From: Eledone cirrhosa
Lineage: Eukaryota
DNA: 64,000 nucleotides
Direction: 5' to 3'
NCBI GenBank assembly: GCA_964016885.1
Contig: CAXHJY010001532.1
Span: 1-64,000 of the forward strand
The notes under the pieces: model-generated
The model's input: the letters and a program-made list of their open reading frames with translations, nothing else
Database searches by the model: none
Told to the model about the DNA's origin: nothing
Program-made: the position numbers and the translations under genes
Part shown: one piece after another, positions 39,520 through 52,800 of the stretch
How positions within the stretch are numbered: position 1 is the stretch's first letter
How the letters are laid out: the number at the start of each line of letters is the position of its first letter

Positions 39520-39714
39520 AACGAAGGAATTGTGGTAAGGAACCAGATGGACCATAACGCACCAGCGTACTCAATACTTAAGGTAGTAGAGTGGGTAATA
39601 GGAAAAAGTATGATCCCGACGGCAGCGCTCAAGCCGTTTCGACGGCTATTTCTGGACTCAGAAATAGCCGTCGAAACGGCTTGAGCTCTGCCTTCGGGGT
39701 CATACTTTTTCCTA
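39520..39714. mobile_element. Short fold-back of the same family as 15115-16944
   Basis: 39520-39658 is the reverse complement of 16807-16944; 39660-39714 re-inverts it. It keeps only the GAAA/stem III half of the hammerhead. Confidence 0.8.
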
Positions 39715-39769
39715 TATATATATATATATTGTGTGTTCTATTATTCTATTACGTATTGATTTTGATGTG

Positions 39770-40115
39770 TGCAATGATGCATTGTTTCATACACGCATCA
39801 ACAAAATGACGGCAATGTACAGAGGACTGACTTGTTGGATTCTGAGGACTTTCAGGACAAGAGACCCAGAAACCGTGTTGGATCTCTGGAGGACATTTTT
39901 CTTCAGCCGAATGCATTATTGCTCTGTCGTGGTCACCCCACAGTGTCAAACTAACCATAGAACTTAAAGTAATCAAACGAAAGTACACCAAGAGGATTGC
40001 ATCTATGAAAGAGATGAGCTACTGGGAGAGGCTGAAAGAACTGAAGTTTTACTCCTTTGAGGAAGGCGGAAGTGATACACAGTGACATGCGTATGGAAGA
40101 TCCTGAAAGGGCTTA
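39770..40115 (+). mobile_element. CR1/L2-group LINE 3' RT relic
   Basis: WILRTFRTRDPETVL..YCSVV..P; KYTKRIASMKEMSYWERLKELKFYS; WKILKGL. Confidence 0.7.
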
Positions 40116-40464
40116 TATATATATATGCAACTATGTTGGAGCGAAAACGTTAATTCTACTTCTACTTTCAAGCTGAGCTGGCTTGATAGATCCATATGCA
40201 AATGGGGTTAATCAGCCCATCTACAGAGGCGAAAAAGCTATATATTTTCGCGTGTTTCAAGTAATGTATTGGTAGTTGTTCTTCGCTACATCTGCTGGAA
40301 CCCGCTAGAGGGCAATAGCTGTCAGCTTTTCAATATTTTTAGCTGGAAGTCTTTCCAAATGTTTATTCGTAAACATACAGTATATCATTAGGTATACGAA
40401 TTTCACATACTTATATGTATACGGTTATGACGGAGAGAAAACTTTAATTATATACACATATGTA

Positions 40465-40802
40465 TCATCATCATCATCATTTTACGTCCACTTTTCCCTG
40501 CTTGCACGGGTGGGACGGGAACTGATTCTGGCTTGATTTCTACAGCTGGATGCCCTTCCTAACACCAACCTCATTTACAGTGAGTGCTGGGTGCTTTTTT
40601 TTCGTGGCACCTCCACAACCATTTTGCAGTGGAATGATATAGACCCCAGTCCCAATCATCTCATTTCTACAGCTGAGTAAACTGGAGCAATGTGAAATAA
40701 AGTGTCTTGCTCAAGGAAACAACACATCATCCGGTCTGAGAATTGAACTCCCAACCTTTCGATTGCAAGGCCAATGCTCTAACCACTAAGACATATGCCT
40801 CC
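40465..40802 (-). mobile_element. tRNA-derived SINE, family 1
   Basis: Near-identical to 35517-35917. A related + strand head lies at 40892-41053. Confidence 0.85.
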
Positions 40803-41169
40803 ATATAAATATAAATATGTATACATATGTGTAAATGAATATATATGTATGTGTATATATATATATAATGTATGTGAGTATGTATAGATGTGAAGGCGCA
40901 TAGGTTAGTGGTAAGAACATTGGGGTTGCAATCGAGAGGTTGTGAGTTTGATTCTTAGACCGGGTGAAGCGTTGTGTCCTTAAGCAAGACACTTTTATTT
41001 CATATTGCTCCAGTTTATTCAGTTGTAGAGATGAGTTGCGACATCACTGGTGGCGAGGAGAGGGGAGACTGGTATGCAGCCATTGAAAAGAAGCATGGAG
41101 TGTATAATTAACAGCACTAGGGTTAGAGCCCCTAGCTACATTGTCATGGAGCAGTCAGATCATTATGAA

Positions 41170-42300
41170 TGATGGATAGGCTGTCTCTGAGACACAACAG
41201 TAAAATACAAAGAACTGTTTTGTCCTGCAGAAGAGCCATTAAAATCGGCACACTAAATGTGAGGACTGTTAAGACGCTGAAGAAGAAGAGAGAGAAGTTG
41301 GGTCATGTGTTCGAGGAGTGGTGTGCAGATCCTTGTGATCCAAGAACACAGGATCCTACATGATGAGCCCATGAAGAGAACGCTGATTGGTAGGAGCCAG
41401 CTCATCACCACACCAGCTGTGAGGAACACAACTAATGCTGCAGTAGGAGAAGAGGGGTTTGTGTTGAGTGCAGGAACTAACCAATTAGTGGGGGATATCA
41501 TACCTGTCTCCCTGCGAGTTTTGAGTGACTTTCAATGGAAACTCAAGGCTGACAGTGATGTGAGTGCAGAGGAGTTACATGACAAAGTGTGTAAAGCTGT
41601 CAAAACCACACCAGCTCACAATATCCTGCTTGTTCTGGGTGACTTTAATGTGCATCTAAGTAATAAGAGCAGTGATGATCCCTGCTGGTACTTCTATAAT
41701 AACACCAAATAAACCAGGAGACTACTGATGGGCACCCTGCTGGAGGCAAACCTGAGGTTTAGGAAGAAGCCAGGGAAGATGTGGATCTAAATCTCTGATA
41801 TGCAACTGACCAAGTCCCAGATTGATTTCATTCTGGTGAGGAGGAAGTTGTGGAATAGTTTACTGAACATAGAATCCTAGTTATTTCAGTACACAGTGAC
41901 CATCGGCTTGTTATGAGTGAGGTCCGGGCGAGTTTAAGAAAGAGTAAGGTTAAGTCCCTGAGAGCTATCTATAACTGGGGTGCTTTCAAGGAAGATGAAT
42001 TACAGGAGAGGTACACAGTAGAGGTGAAGAATAAGTTCAGTGCTCTATGTGGAGAGACAGAGAAGAGAGAGATTGCGAGAGGGGGTGTAATGAGGAGGTA
42101 CAGCTACTTCAGTGGCAGAAGTAAATGAGGCCTTGGTGCCAAGAGAGAGGAAGAGAAGGGACAACAACTCTGCAGACCCAAAAGTGTGTGCAGCCAGAGA
42201 ACACCAGAGAGCTGCCAAGGATGAATTCCATGCTGATCGTAAGGAGGGGGGGGGGGGAGAATGCAGAGGTGGGGAAGGAAGAAGTCTGAGATGCTGATGG
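41170..42300 (+). mobile_element. Decayed LINE APE-endonuclease region
   Basis: IGTLNVRT, IQEHR, LLVLGDFNVHL, SQIDFIL, DHRLV, ERYTVEVKNKFSAL across frames. Confidence 0.75.
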
Positions 42301-43359
42301 AGAAAATCAGGGAAAAACAAAACGAGAAAACATTAAAAATATTTTTAATTCCTTTATTTCTCCATAATAATTTGTTAAGCAATGTTGTACAGAATCATTT
42401 ATGAGTAATATTCTAACATTGGAAAAAATAAAATTTGATCCAAAAGGGAAAATAAAAATAATATATTCAAAACAAAAACAGAATAAACAATAGCTTTTTC
42501 TTTCTTTTCTTTTTTGGTTATCTTTGAAAGATACTTAAAATAATTATTAATAACAAACAACCCCATTTTTTTTTTTTGGCCCACAAGAAGAAAAAAGAGA
42601 TGAACAAGCCATTTGGTTTTTTTATAACCAACAATTTTTCTGACAATCTAAAAACTGGAGTGTATGTGTGTGTGGTCTGAATAAAATGTAATAAAATTGA
42701 TTCAAATCATTTGATTTTCCTTTGTTTAACTAATGATTCGATATGATAGTAAATAGTTAGCAACAGCACTAAAACAGCGTGGTTCATAATAAAGGTGTAT
42801 ATGGTCTCATATACAACATGTTAATGTATAATATATAGTAACATCGATACAGCACTGTTACACAGCTACTGAGTTTGCTCGGACATGACCCCACAACTTA
42901 AAATATTCACAGAAGGATATATATAAGTTTATTATATATATATATGTATATACATTTATTGTCCTGCTGAGTATTTAACATGAAATGCATGTATACAGCA
43001 CTCTTACATGAGTTGGAGGCAGCTGTAATACGATCATTTATGTTTATTATACATACACATATTGTATATATGAGATAATAAATCGATGTTTAACAATACA
43101 CCTCACCTAACAAAAGCTTGGTATCCTACATAACAGCAACACTTAAAATATAAACTGATGATAAAGAAATATTTCAATGAACAAACATATGCATTGTGAA
43201 ATATGTGTGATTTATAAAATACTAGAAGTATAGACAGGAAGGAAGAGAATGCTACGGGATACAAAGGACACCCCATGGCATTCTCTCTGGCCAGTTACTG
43301 TGTATGTGTATGTGCGCATGCTGGTAATGAGTGACCAGCTGAAAAATTTGGGGACTTAA

Positions 43360-45380
43360 CACCCTGTAATGATTGAGCAGAAAATATCTTTAAAAAATGG
43401 GTTTAATTTAGATGTTTATAGTATCTTTACTGGTGGAGAGATTGCTGTGAAAATTTACCGTAAACTATAAACTATTATTTAATGTGATAGTCATAGTGCT
43501 ATTTTGTTCTTTTCAAGAATGTTTTGCTATTGTAGTTTGTTCATTCAAATGTTTATTGTATCTTTACTAGAGGACAGATTGTTAAAATTTGGAGTATTAA
43601 AGTAAAGACTACTGTTTAATGTGATCCAATCATAGAGATGTTTTGTACTTTTCAAGAATGTCTTGTTAATATGATTTCATGTGGTACAGGTTGTTAAGAC
43701 TTAAGGTCTTTCGCCAAGTTCATCAATGTCTATGCCAGGTCCCAATTACACTATTATTAAAAATTGCTATTTCAGAGATAAGAAAAGAAAGAGCATTCAA
43801 ACTTTTTTAATGAAAGTCTAATATTGAGTTCTAATTTAGGCACAAGGCCAGCAATTTGAGATGAAGGGAAAGTTAAATAACCCTTTATTTACCATATTCC
43901 TAACAAAATACACTATTTCAATTAATTAGTGAAGAATTTGGAGGGATATACTAAAATCAGTTTCATTACTAAGATAGTAACTTAACATATAGCTCTATAA
44001 AATTATGTTGGAAGATTTTATTTTAAAATGAGTTTTTTCATAGAACCAGAGTTGGTTTTGGCTGAGCTGGTAGGTATCAAAAGATTAAATACTTTATTTC
44101 ATCAACCCTGGAAGGATGAAAGACAAAGTTAACTTAGGTGGGATTTAAACCCAGAATGTAAAGAACCAGAACAAACACTACAGAGCATTTTATCCAATGC
44201 TCTACTGATTCTGCCAATCCACCACCTTTGCAAAAGTCTAGTAATACTAATAGAGTATAATGTAAATTTGAATTTTAAAAAACTTTTAAAATGAATTTAA
44301 TGAAAAAAAAAATTTTTTCTACAAAAGATATATTCTAAAATGAGAGACAGTAATGGTAATCAGTTCTTTGGGGAAAAAAAATTCTTATTATTATTATAAT
44401 ATTTATTTAACCACCATTTCAAGTTGACATTTTTCTCCTTTTAATTGTGCAAGGGATGAATGGACCAGTAATAAAGAAAAGTTTATTTTAAACTGCATTT
44501 TTTAGTTGTCAGTTTTAAACTAAAATACACACATACAAGCTGAGACATATACAAACATACATATTAGATACACACACACAAACTGAAATTTACAGCCCAC
44601 ACCAGTACAGGTTTAGCTGGCCTGCTATGAGGTTGAATCTCATAGTAGGTTTCTTCAGTGATTTAATGATAGGGGTCACCAGTCCTATCATAAAAAGCAA
44701 CGTGAAATGATGCGTATTGCTCAAGTAGACAACACGTCACCCAGTACGGGAATCAAACCCATGACCTTATAATTGCATGTCCAACACCCTAACCACTAGG
44801 CCACATGCCTTTGTACAGACATAGTGAGTATAAAGCACATAAACATCTATTTTTATATGCATCGATTGAAAATGATTCATTGAGAGGCCAGATGCTATCA
44901 CAGTGTTTGAAAAGTCAGAAGTTTTAGTTTCATATCATCAGATTTTTTTAAATCTTTTATTTTTTTTTTTTTTTGTAAAAAAAAAAAGCCATTTTCTCCT
45001 CTCAAGCATAGATTTCTTACTACGCCTGAATTTTTGTTAACTTTTAACATCCTGTAATGATTGAGCAGAAAATATCTAAAAACTGATTTGTTAATTCAAA
45101 TATTTATAGTATATTCACTTGTGGACAGATTGTTGTGCAAATTTGCAATACATTAAAATAATGTGATGCCGTCATTGTGCCGTTTTCTACTTTTCATGAA
45201 TGTCTTGCTAATGTGGTTGCATGTTTTGTTAATTCAAATGTTTATAGTACCTTTACTTGTGGACAGATCTTTCTTCAAAATTTGCAGTAAACTAAAGTAA
45301 ATACTTTAATATTTAATGTGAGTTTAGTACTTTCCATGAATGTATTGCTAATGTGGTTTCATGTGGTACAGGACATTAAG
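43360..45380. repeat. Dispersed direct repeat pair (~340 bp; 43360-43700 and 45045-45380), each with internal ~120-bp sub-repeats
   Basis: cctgtaatgattgagcagaaaatatct ... tttcatgtggtacagg occurs twice, ~1.69 kb apart. Confidence 0.75.
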
Positions 45381-45991
45381 AATTAATCTAATTCTGAAGC
45401 TAACAACAATAGGTGAAATAAAAAAAAAGAAATTTACAATCTTTGGAAAGCAAATAATAATAATAATAAATAAATAAATAAATAAAATTCTCTCAAATGG
45501 AATTTAAAAAAAAGAATATGAACAAAGGTGTGTAAAATAAAAGATACTCCCTCACCTGCAAATGTAATACATGTTTCAGTTAAAATTATCATTATTATAT
45601 ACAATGCCCAAATTTGATATTACTAAATACATAAGTATTTGTTTAATTTACTGTACTTCCCAGTGTTAAAGAGGACGCTCCACCTTACCAGTTTCAGTTG
45701 CTACATTTTGGGGGGGGGGGAAGAAATAATAATTTTAACATAAAACAAAATACAGGGTAAATTATTTTGCAGACTTCCACACCAAGGAAATACGGTATAG
45801 TTAAAAAATGAGATGCCAGCAGCAGAAATATTTCTACAGCCAACATGTTTAGTCTTTTATTCATACACAAAGTCAATAATGCAATGATTCTAACAGCTAC
45901 GACATTACAAATTAAAAACAAAAAGTAGTTTTTCAATTTAAAAATGGGAGAGGCAGGATAAAATAAATTATGGGTTTCCTTTCTTTTCTTT

Positions 45992-46029
<38 letters not shown>

Positions 46030-46755
46030 AGATGAGATCCAACTGAAAAAATAATTTTTAAAAAGGAGTGGGATGGGTCATGGTTTGAGATTAATTCTTT
46101 ACCATGAAAAGATTTAACTGTCAACATTTTTTTCTGATTTGTTCTGAAAAAGTTTTATTTTAAAAATGTCAGTGGCTGAGAAAACAATTCTTTCTTCTCT
46201 TACATATTTCAATATATTGATAGCTCATTGGTGATATTTGTTACTGTGGACCATGAAATAAAATTTTTCAATGAAATTATTCCATCTCCAATCCTTATTT
46301 CATGAATAAAACAAAATTATATGTGTGTGTGTGAAGTTTTGTAGTTGTTGAAGTGAAGAAATATGTCTAAACTAATGACTAAAGAGAGAAAATATAACAA
46401 AAGTGAACAGAACGAGAAATTTTGCAACTGTTCATATATAATATAGCAGTGAATATGCACCAGTGACTTGAGAGCCAACAGTTTTGTTAAAACTGCTTTA
46501 AAAACCAGTTAAAAGGTCCATTAAACATGAAACTCATGACCTTCAAATCACTGGTGTACCTTCAGAGATATAAAATAAATTACTCCACTCATGTGTTCAG
46601 TTTTGTATCTCCTGATTGCACAGCCAAATCTAAATTATATATATATACATACATGCACACAAACACATATGTATAAATATACACACACACATATAAATTA
46701 TACACACATTATATATATATATATATATACATTATATATATATATATATATACAT

Positions 46756-46793
<38 letters not shown>

Positions 46794-48206
46794 TCTAAAA
46801 AAAACCACTGGTAATGCACAAATAAGTCAAACTATTTATACAAATATTTTGATTGCTTTTTTTCATTCGTATGTGCCCACTCGTGTAAATATATATATAT
46901 GCATGCACACAAACTACTTGCTTGCAAAAAATTCTTAAATGCTTTGGAAGTTACTTCTTTATTTTTTCTCTTTTTTTCCTAATTTAGCAGAGATTCTAAA
47001 CCAATCAGCAAAGAAATAGAAAAGAAAAAAACCCAATAATCATAATAATAATAATGATATTAATGAGATATATAACATAAAAATATATATATGAATATTT
47101 TAGCAAAACATCTAGAAGTGTTTGAACAAAACAGAACATAACAAAACAAAAAATACATTTAATATTTATGGAAAAAAACTTTTCTAGAATAAATAATTGT
47201 GATATCCAGTTTAGAATATGAGTGCTGTAAAAGGGGTTGGTGTTAGGAAGGGCATACAGCTGTAAAACATTGCCTCAAAAAAGAACCCCATTTAGAGTAC
47301 AAAACCTGACATGGGGCCTCCACAAGGCTCACCCCTGCTTTAGCAGGGGGAATTACCTTAAAGAGATTGTTGTTTTCTACAATAAATAACCTAATATGCT
47401 TAACTAGGGACAAGGAAAACAGCATAGAAAACAAACAAACAAAAACAGCATTTCTATAAGAAATATTGTGAATTAAATTATTCATGGAAAACATGTAAAA
47501 GATCATTATAATAATAAATAAAAATACAAAATCCAGAAATAAAAAAAAATTATATTTTGTCCGAAAACAAAAGCGAGATTAATGTAAGGAAATATTGGTA
47601 AGTTCTCTTGTCTAATTTTAATTCTTTTACTGGTTTTTCAGTCATTTGACTGGACCAAGGTGGGTCACAGCCTTCGTTATTCAAATTTTCAAAACAATTA
47701 CTCATTATCAATCCTCATATGCTGTCATCATGTGTATTATCTAAATACATGTATATATATATATATATAGATATATACAAACACACATATATGCACATAC
47801 ATATACACACATATATGAAAAAACAAAATATATATACATATATGTTTACGTACGTACGTATGTATATATTTATATATGCATGTATGTATGTATGTACATG
47901 TGTATATATATAAAGTTTGTGTTTGTCGTCAGTGGGTTAACAAGTGGAAAGTGGTAAGACCAGAATCAGCGTTTCAGATGGCTAAATGTAACAAGAAGTA
48001 TAGAGGCGCAACTAGTGAAGTCCTTTAGAGAAGCAACATCAGATTTTCACGAATCAGAGGGAAAAAAAAAAAAACGTTCAGAGACTTTTTCTTCTTGGAA
48101 TTGTAAATCTATTTCTTAACAATTCTCTCACACATTGCTCCAGCCAAATATATACACACATACACACACTCATATACACATGTATATGGACATGCAGGCA
48201 TGTGCA

Positions 48207-48261
<55 letters not shown>

Positions 48262-48345
48262 TAGATAGATAGATATATAATATATATACACACACACACA
48301 CTATATACATACGTGTGTGTCTGTTTAATAGAATATTAGTATGAA

Positions 48346-48405
<60 letters not shown>

Positions 48406-48509
48406 TAAATATATATATTAATATTCATCTACACATAACATTCACACATGTATGTGTGTGTGTGTGTGTATATATATATACACAAACACAGACTCATCCA
48501 TACACAGAT

Positions 48510-48549
<40 letters not shown>

Positions 48550-48616
48550 TACATCTATTCACACACTCACACAAAAAAAACATAGAGGAACAGAAAATTC
48601 TAATTAACTACTATTC

Positions 48617-48736
48617 TCAATGAACTCGTTCCCTTAATGCAGAATTATTGTTTTGATTGCGGCCCTCTTCTGTTGCACAACTTGCAACAATAGCAGCACC
48701 TTTACCGCTTCCATCGTGAGACAGCATCAGGCGAAA
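48617..48736 (-). CDS. HK: Hexokinase, last coding exon
   Basis: cag|FRLMLSHDGSGKGAAIVASCATEEGRNQNNNSALRERVH*; 120 nt; TGA at 48617-48619; DGSGKGAA motif. Confidence 0.93.
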   Translation of the reverse strand, partial: FRLMLSHDGSGKGAAIVASCATEEGRNQNNNSALRERVH

Positions 48737-49085
48737 CTGCAAGACAAAGAAACAAACAATTAGAGATATTTAAAAATCATTAAAAAAATTCCCACTTTAA
48801 AAACCCATTTGTTACCATATTTCTAATAAAATAATTTTGAAAATAATCAAGAATTTTGAGGTATCCAGTAATATAACTTTTTCATTATTAAGCTGGTGTT
48901 TTTTTTTTGCAACACAATATAGATTCTTACATAAAATTATGATGGAAGGTTTTTAGATAAAAATAAACTCTTTAAAACAAACAGTTTTGTATTGTAGCAC
49001 CAGGAACAGTTTGGTATCAAAAAGGTTAAATGGTGATAATGAAGATGTTGCATTGATGAAATATATTTCAAAATCTTCTACTTAC

Positions 49086-49219
49086 TCTAGTAAGGGGACA
49101 AAGTGCTCGGATTTTTTCTACCATTAGGTCATGAAAATGAGGATGGAATCTGTAAAGAGAACCATCAACAGCAACAGCAACCTCAGACCGACCCATCTTG
49201 TGAATTAGAGCAGCAGTAC
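49086..49219 (-). CDS. HK: Hexokinase exon
   Basis: tag|(G)TAALIHKMGRSEVAVAVDGSLYRFHPHFHDLMVEKIRALCPLTR|gtaag; 134 nt, phase 1 to 0. Confidence 0.95.
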
Positions 49220-50310
49220 CTAAAATGGTAAGAAATCATTCAAATTAAAACTGATTTTCAGTGCCCAATCAAGAAAACTGCACTTAAGCTTTTCGTTACC
49301 ATATTTCCAATGAAAAACATTGCCTAAGATTTTTAATTAATTTTTTAAATAAACAAGAATTTTGAAGGATTTAATAACTGCATTAATTAGGTATTTCGAA
49401 CATAACTAATGTTCTTTTATAAAATTACAACGAAAGGCTTTTAGATAAATATACACTTTAAATCATATAGTTGTATATCATAGAAGCAAGGGTGGTTTTA
49501 GGTGGTTTGGTTCCAATAGACTTAACAGAAAGACCTTTTATGTATGTGTATGTGTGTGCACGTACATGAGTGAGTGTGTTAGTGTGTACATATGCATGCT
49601 TGAAACAGTCTCATTATTAAGATGAGCGGTGGTTTGGTGTTTATCAGTAGAGCATAGGACACCATTTTAGTAGCATAGAATTACGTCCCTTTACGTTCTG
49701 ATTTCAATTCCCGCCGAGGTTAACTTTGCCTCTCATCCTTACGGGGTTGATAAAATAAAGCACCAGTAACGTACTGGGGTCAATATAATAGATTTTCACC
49801 TCCCTCAAAAATTGCTAGCCTTGTACCTAAATCAGAAACCATTAAGATGGTATTTGTAGTAATACTTAACAAAAGTGTCCTATATATTATTGTCAAAAGA
49901 TTTTCATCTAAATAGAACCCCTTTAAAATAAATAGCTTTGTTATGATAGAATAAAGGTCATTTTTAGCAGGGTTGCTATCAAAAGGGTTAAACAAGCTAA
50001 ATGTGACACCACAATGACAGTAATGTTTTTCTTGATTTCATGATCATCTGAAAACATTATTTAACAGAACACTTTAAAATAATTTATGTTAACCCTTCCT
50101 TTACCATATTGCAAATGAAATACACAGTATATGAATTAATGAAGAATTTGGAGGTATTTACTAAAATTTTCTATTATTTCATTCTTTAGATGGAAAGTTT
50201 TTAATTTAAACAGGAATCATTTAAATTTGGTGGGCTTTGTTTCATAGAATCTAAAGCAGGTCCCAGCAGGTTGGAATCAAAAGAGTGAATATTAATGGTT
50301 AAGAGTTTAC

Positions 50311-50450
50311 CTGCAGCTGATAAATAGGCAGCTCTTGTGGATACAGTGGAGCATACATACTGAGCAATGCGACAGTCTTCCACTGTGAAGTTGGTTAAGT
50401 TCAGATCAAGAAAAACCTGTTTCGTATTTTTGAAACTATCATCAATATCA
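50311..50450 (-). CDS. HK: Hexokinase exon
   Basis: cag|DIDDSFKNTKQVFLDLNLTNFTVEDCRIAQYVCSTVSTRAAYLSAA|gtaaac; 140 nt, phase 2 to 1. Confidence 0.93.
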
Positions 50451-50544
50451 CTGCAAAAGGAAGAAAAATGTTGAGTGAATATTTTAGAAAATAGATTTGG
50501 CTATACAAACAAGAGAAACAAAACTCAATACATGTGTATGTCAA

Positions 50545-51347
50545 TATCAGTCTAGAACCTCTATCTTGCTGGAAACTATTCAGAGACATGCAACCAAGCG
50601 AGTACCCTCCATCAGGCATCTACCATACTCTGAACGTCTTGCTTCCCTGGGCATGGATACATTGAAGCTCCGATGTCTGGCAACTGACAAAATTATTAAC
50701 CATCTTGCCAACAACACTGAGCACCCTTTTGAATTCCATGTGTCTAATACACGTGAGCATGCCCACAAAGTCAGAAAACAGCACAGCTTCCTTGACTTTT
50801 AGAAACATTTTTTTCACACTCAGAGTTGCTGAAGCATGGAACAAACTACCTGCGTCAGTGGTTAGCTGCCGAGACACTGCATCCTTTAAAACCTCCATGG
50901 AACAAACTACCTGCATCAGTGGTTAGCTGCCGAGACACTGCATCCTTTAAAACCTCCATGCTTCTTGAAATTCGCCAACACTACACGTGATATATCCCCC
51001 CCCCCCTCCATACACATGCACACATGTATATCATGACTCATACACTGTTCATTGACCTGACATTTGTACATTATTCTATGGGAGGTGGATTGGCAGTATT
51101 GGTAGAGGGTCGGACGCCATGCTTTGCAGCAAAGAGCATCGGCCTCTTATGGACTGAGTTCAAATCCCGCCGAGGTTAACTTTGCCTTTCATCCTTACAG
51201 GGTCGATAAAATAAAGTACCAGTAATACACTGAGATAATTGCTGGCCTTGTGCCAAAAGTAGAAACAATTATTCTATGTACTATACATGCACCTTATATG
51301 TGCACAACGCACCTGAACACTGTACATAATAATTTCATTATTATTAT
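50545..51347 (+). mobile_element. CR1-like LINE 3' fragment in a hexokinase intron, with an internal 61-bp duplication and a nested SINE
   Basis: LETIQRHATKRVPSIRHLPYSERLASLGMDTLKLR..FFTLRVAEAWNKLPASVV..FK; 61-bp duplication at about 50836-50959; (ATT)n end at 51340-51347. Confidence 0.82.
51081..51267 (+). mobile_element. SINE family 2, full length, with 11-bp target-site duplication
   Basis: attattctatg at 51070-51080 and 51268-51278; A-box-like tggcagtattggt and B-box-like gagttcaaatccc. Confidence 0.88.
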
Positions 51348-51449
51348 AAGTGGAGTTTTGCTGAGAGAGGAAAGCAAACAATGAATTGCTTAGGGTGATG
51401 GCAATAGAACCAGTGATGAATGTTGTGAAGAAAAAGAAAGTTTTCACCA

Positions 51450-51635
51450 CTTTTACCGTATTTCTAATGAAAGGCACTGTCTATGTTATTTAACCCTTCA
51501 TTACCATATTTCTAATGACAGAACAGCCTATGTTGTTTAACCCTTTCGTTACCATTTTTCTAATGAAAGACACTGTCTATGTTCTTTAACCCTTTCATTA
51601 CCATATTTCTAACGAAAGACACTACCTATGTTTTT
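51450..51635. repeat. ~49-bp tandem repeat x4 derived from a MITE end
   Basis: aaccctttc.ttaccatatttctaatga.agacact..ctatgtt repeated; two further copies at 56490-56590. Confidence 0.8.
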
Positions 51636-51898
51636 TGAATAATTTTGGAAAAGATTCAATAATTTGGAGAGATTTTGTAATACAACTTTTTCATTAAGTT
51701 AGCTGATGTTTGAAACATAAATGTTCTTACATAAAATTATGATGGACGGTTTTTAGATGATTTGAAACATTTCAGTAAAGATAATATAAACATTTAAATT
51801 AAACCCGTTTTTAGATATTTTCTGATAAATCATTAAAGAATATTAATTTTGATAAGGTAAAAAAAAAATTCCGCTCCCCTAATATTTAAAATATTCAC

Positions 51899-52054
51899 CT
51901 TTCAATTTCAGAAACATATTTTGTGTAAAACCGTCCTCGAGTTGATAATTCTTCAGAGCCATTTCCACTGAAAATCAATTTATGCCTACGTAATCTTTCG
52001 AGTACAAGACGAGCAAGTTCTCCCATGTACATTCCAGATATTGTTTTCTCAAAT
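51899..52054 (-). CDS. HK: Hexokinase exon
   Basis: cag|[51 protein letters not shown]|gtgaat; 156 nt, phase 2 to 2. Confidence 0.95.
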
Positions 52055-52139
52055 CTGTAAAGTAAAATAGTTATATAAGTAGTGTAGTGAGAAAATATAT
52101 GAAAACATTTAATTAAGAAACAAAATCATATAGTTATTA

Positions 52140-52800
52140 TTTTTTAGTATATCAACCATTTTCCTCAGTGCATTTTTTTCCACCAGCATGCCAGTTCATC
52201 AAACACTTTTGAAGAAATCAAAAAATTGGGTCCCTGTTTGCCAAGGATATCAGTGACTTGAGACAATACTTGTCTGTAAAGGTTTTACTTAGCAAATATT
52301 TCTTCAGGGTTAATAGTCACTGGCAACCAAATCATGCAGTTTCACCTCGAAACTTCAATTATTTTGAGTCTCATTTTGATTCAGGAAGTTATAGACTAAG
52401 AGGAGTCACATCAATGGTGACAATATTTTCAATAAATGTTGAACTATAGACATTCAGAATGTTGAGGTTACTTTCATCACAGGCCCAACATTGGTTGTCA
52501 CACATTTCCATATCAAAAACCTTGGCATGAATCTCAAACAGTTTGTCATAATGCTCCAGAATGTTATGAACTTATCCAATGTTAATGTTAAGTTAAAAAG
52601 TAAGTTCTCTGATTGTAAATTTTGCCCAGAAAGGATAATTTTTCTTGCATTTTTCTGTAACTTCTCCAATTTCAATTGGTCTGCCTGACTTTTCATCGAC
52701 AAAAACAATAGTTCTTCCAGCATTAAAATATCCAATCCAACAGTAAATTGTTGCAAGGGAAGGGACTTCATCATTGTATGCACGTTGATGCGCCTTGATG
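52140..52800 (-). mobile_element. Mariner-type transposase relic
   Basis: HQRAYNDEVPSLATIYCWIGYFNAGR..DEKSGRP (HTH region) and a C-terminal WWKKCTEENG.Y segment; heavily decayed. A second possible mariner N-terminal relic lies at about 53460-53830 (+). Confidence 0.6.
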
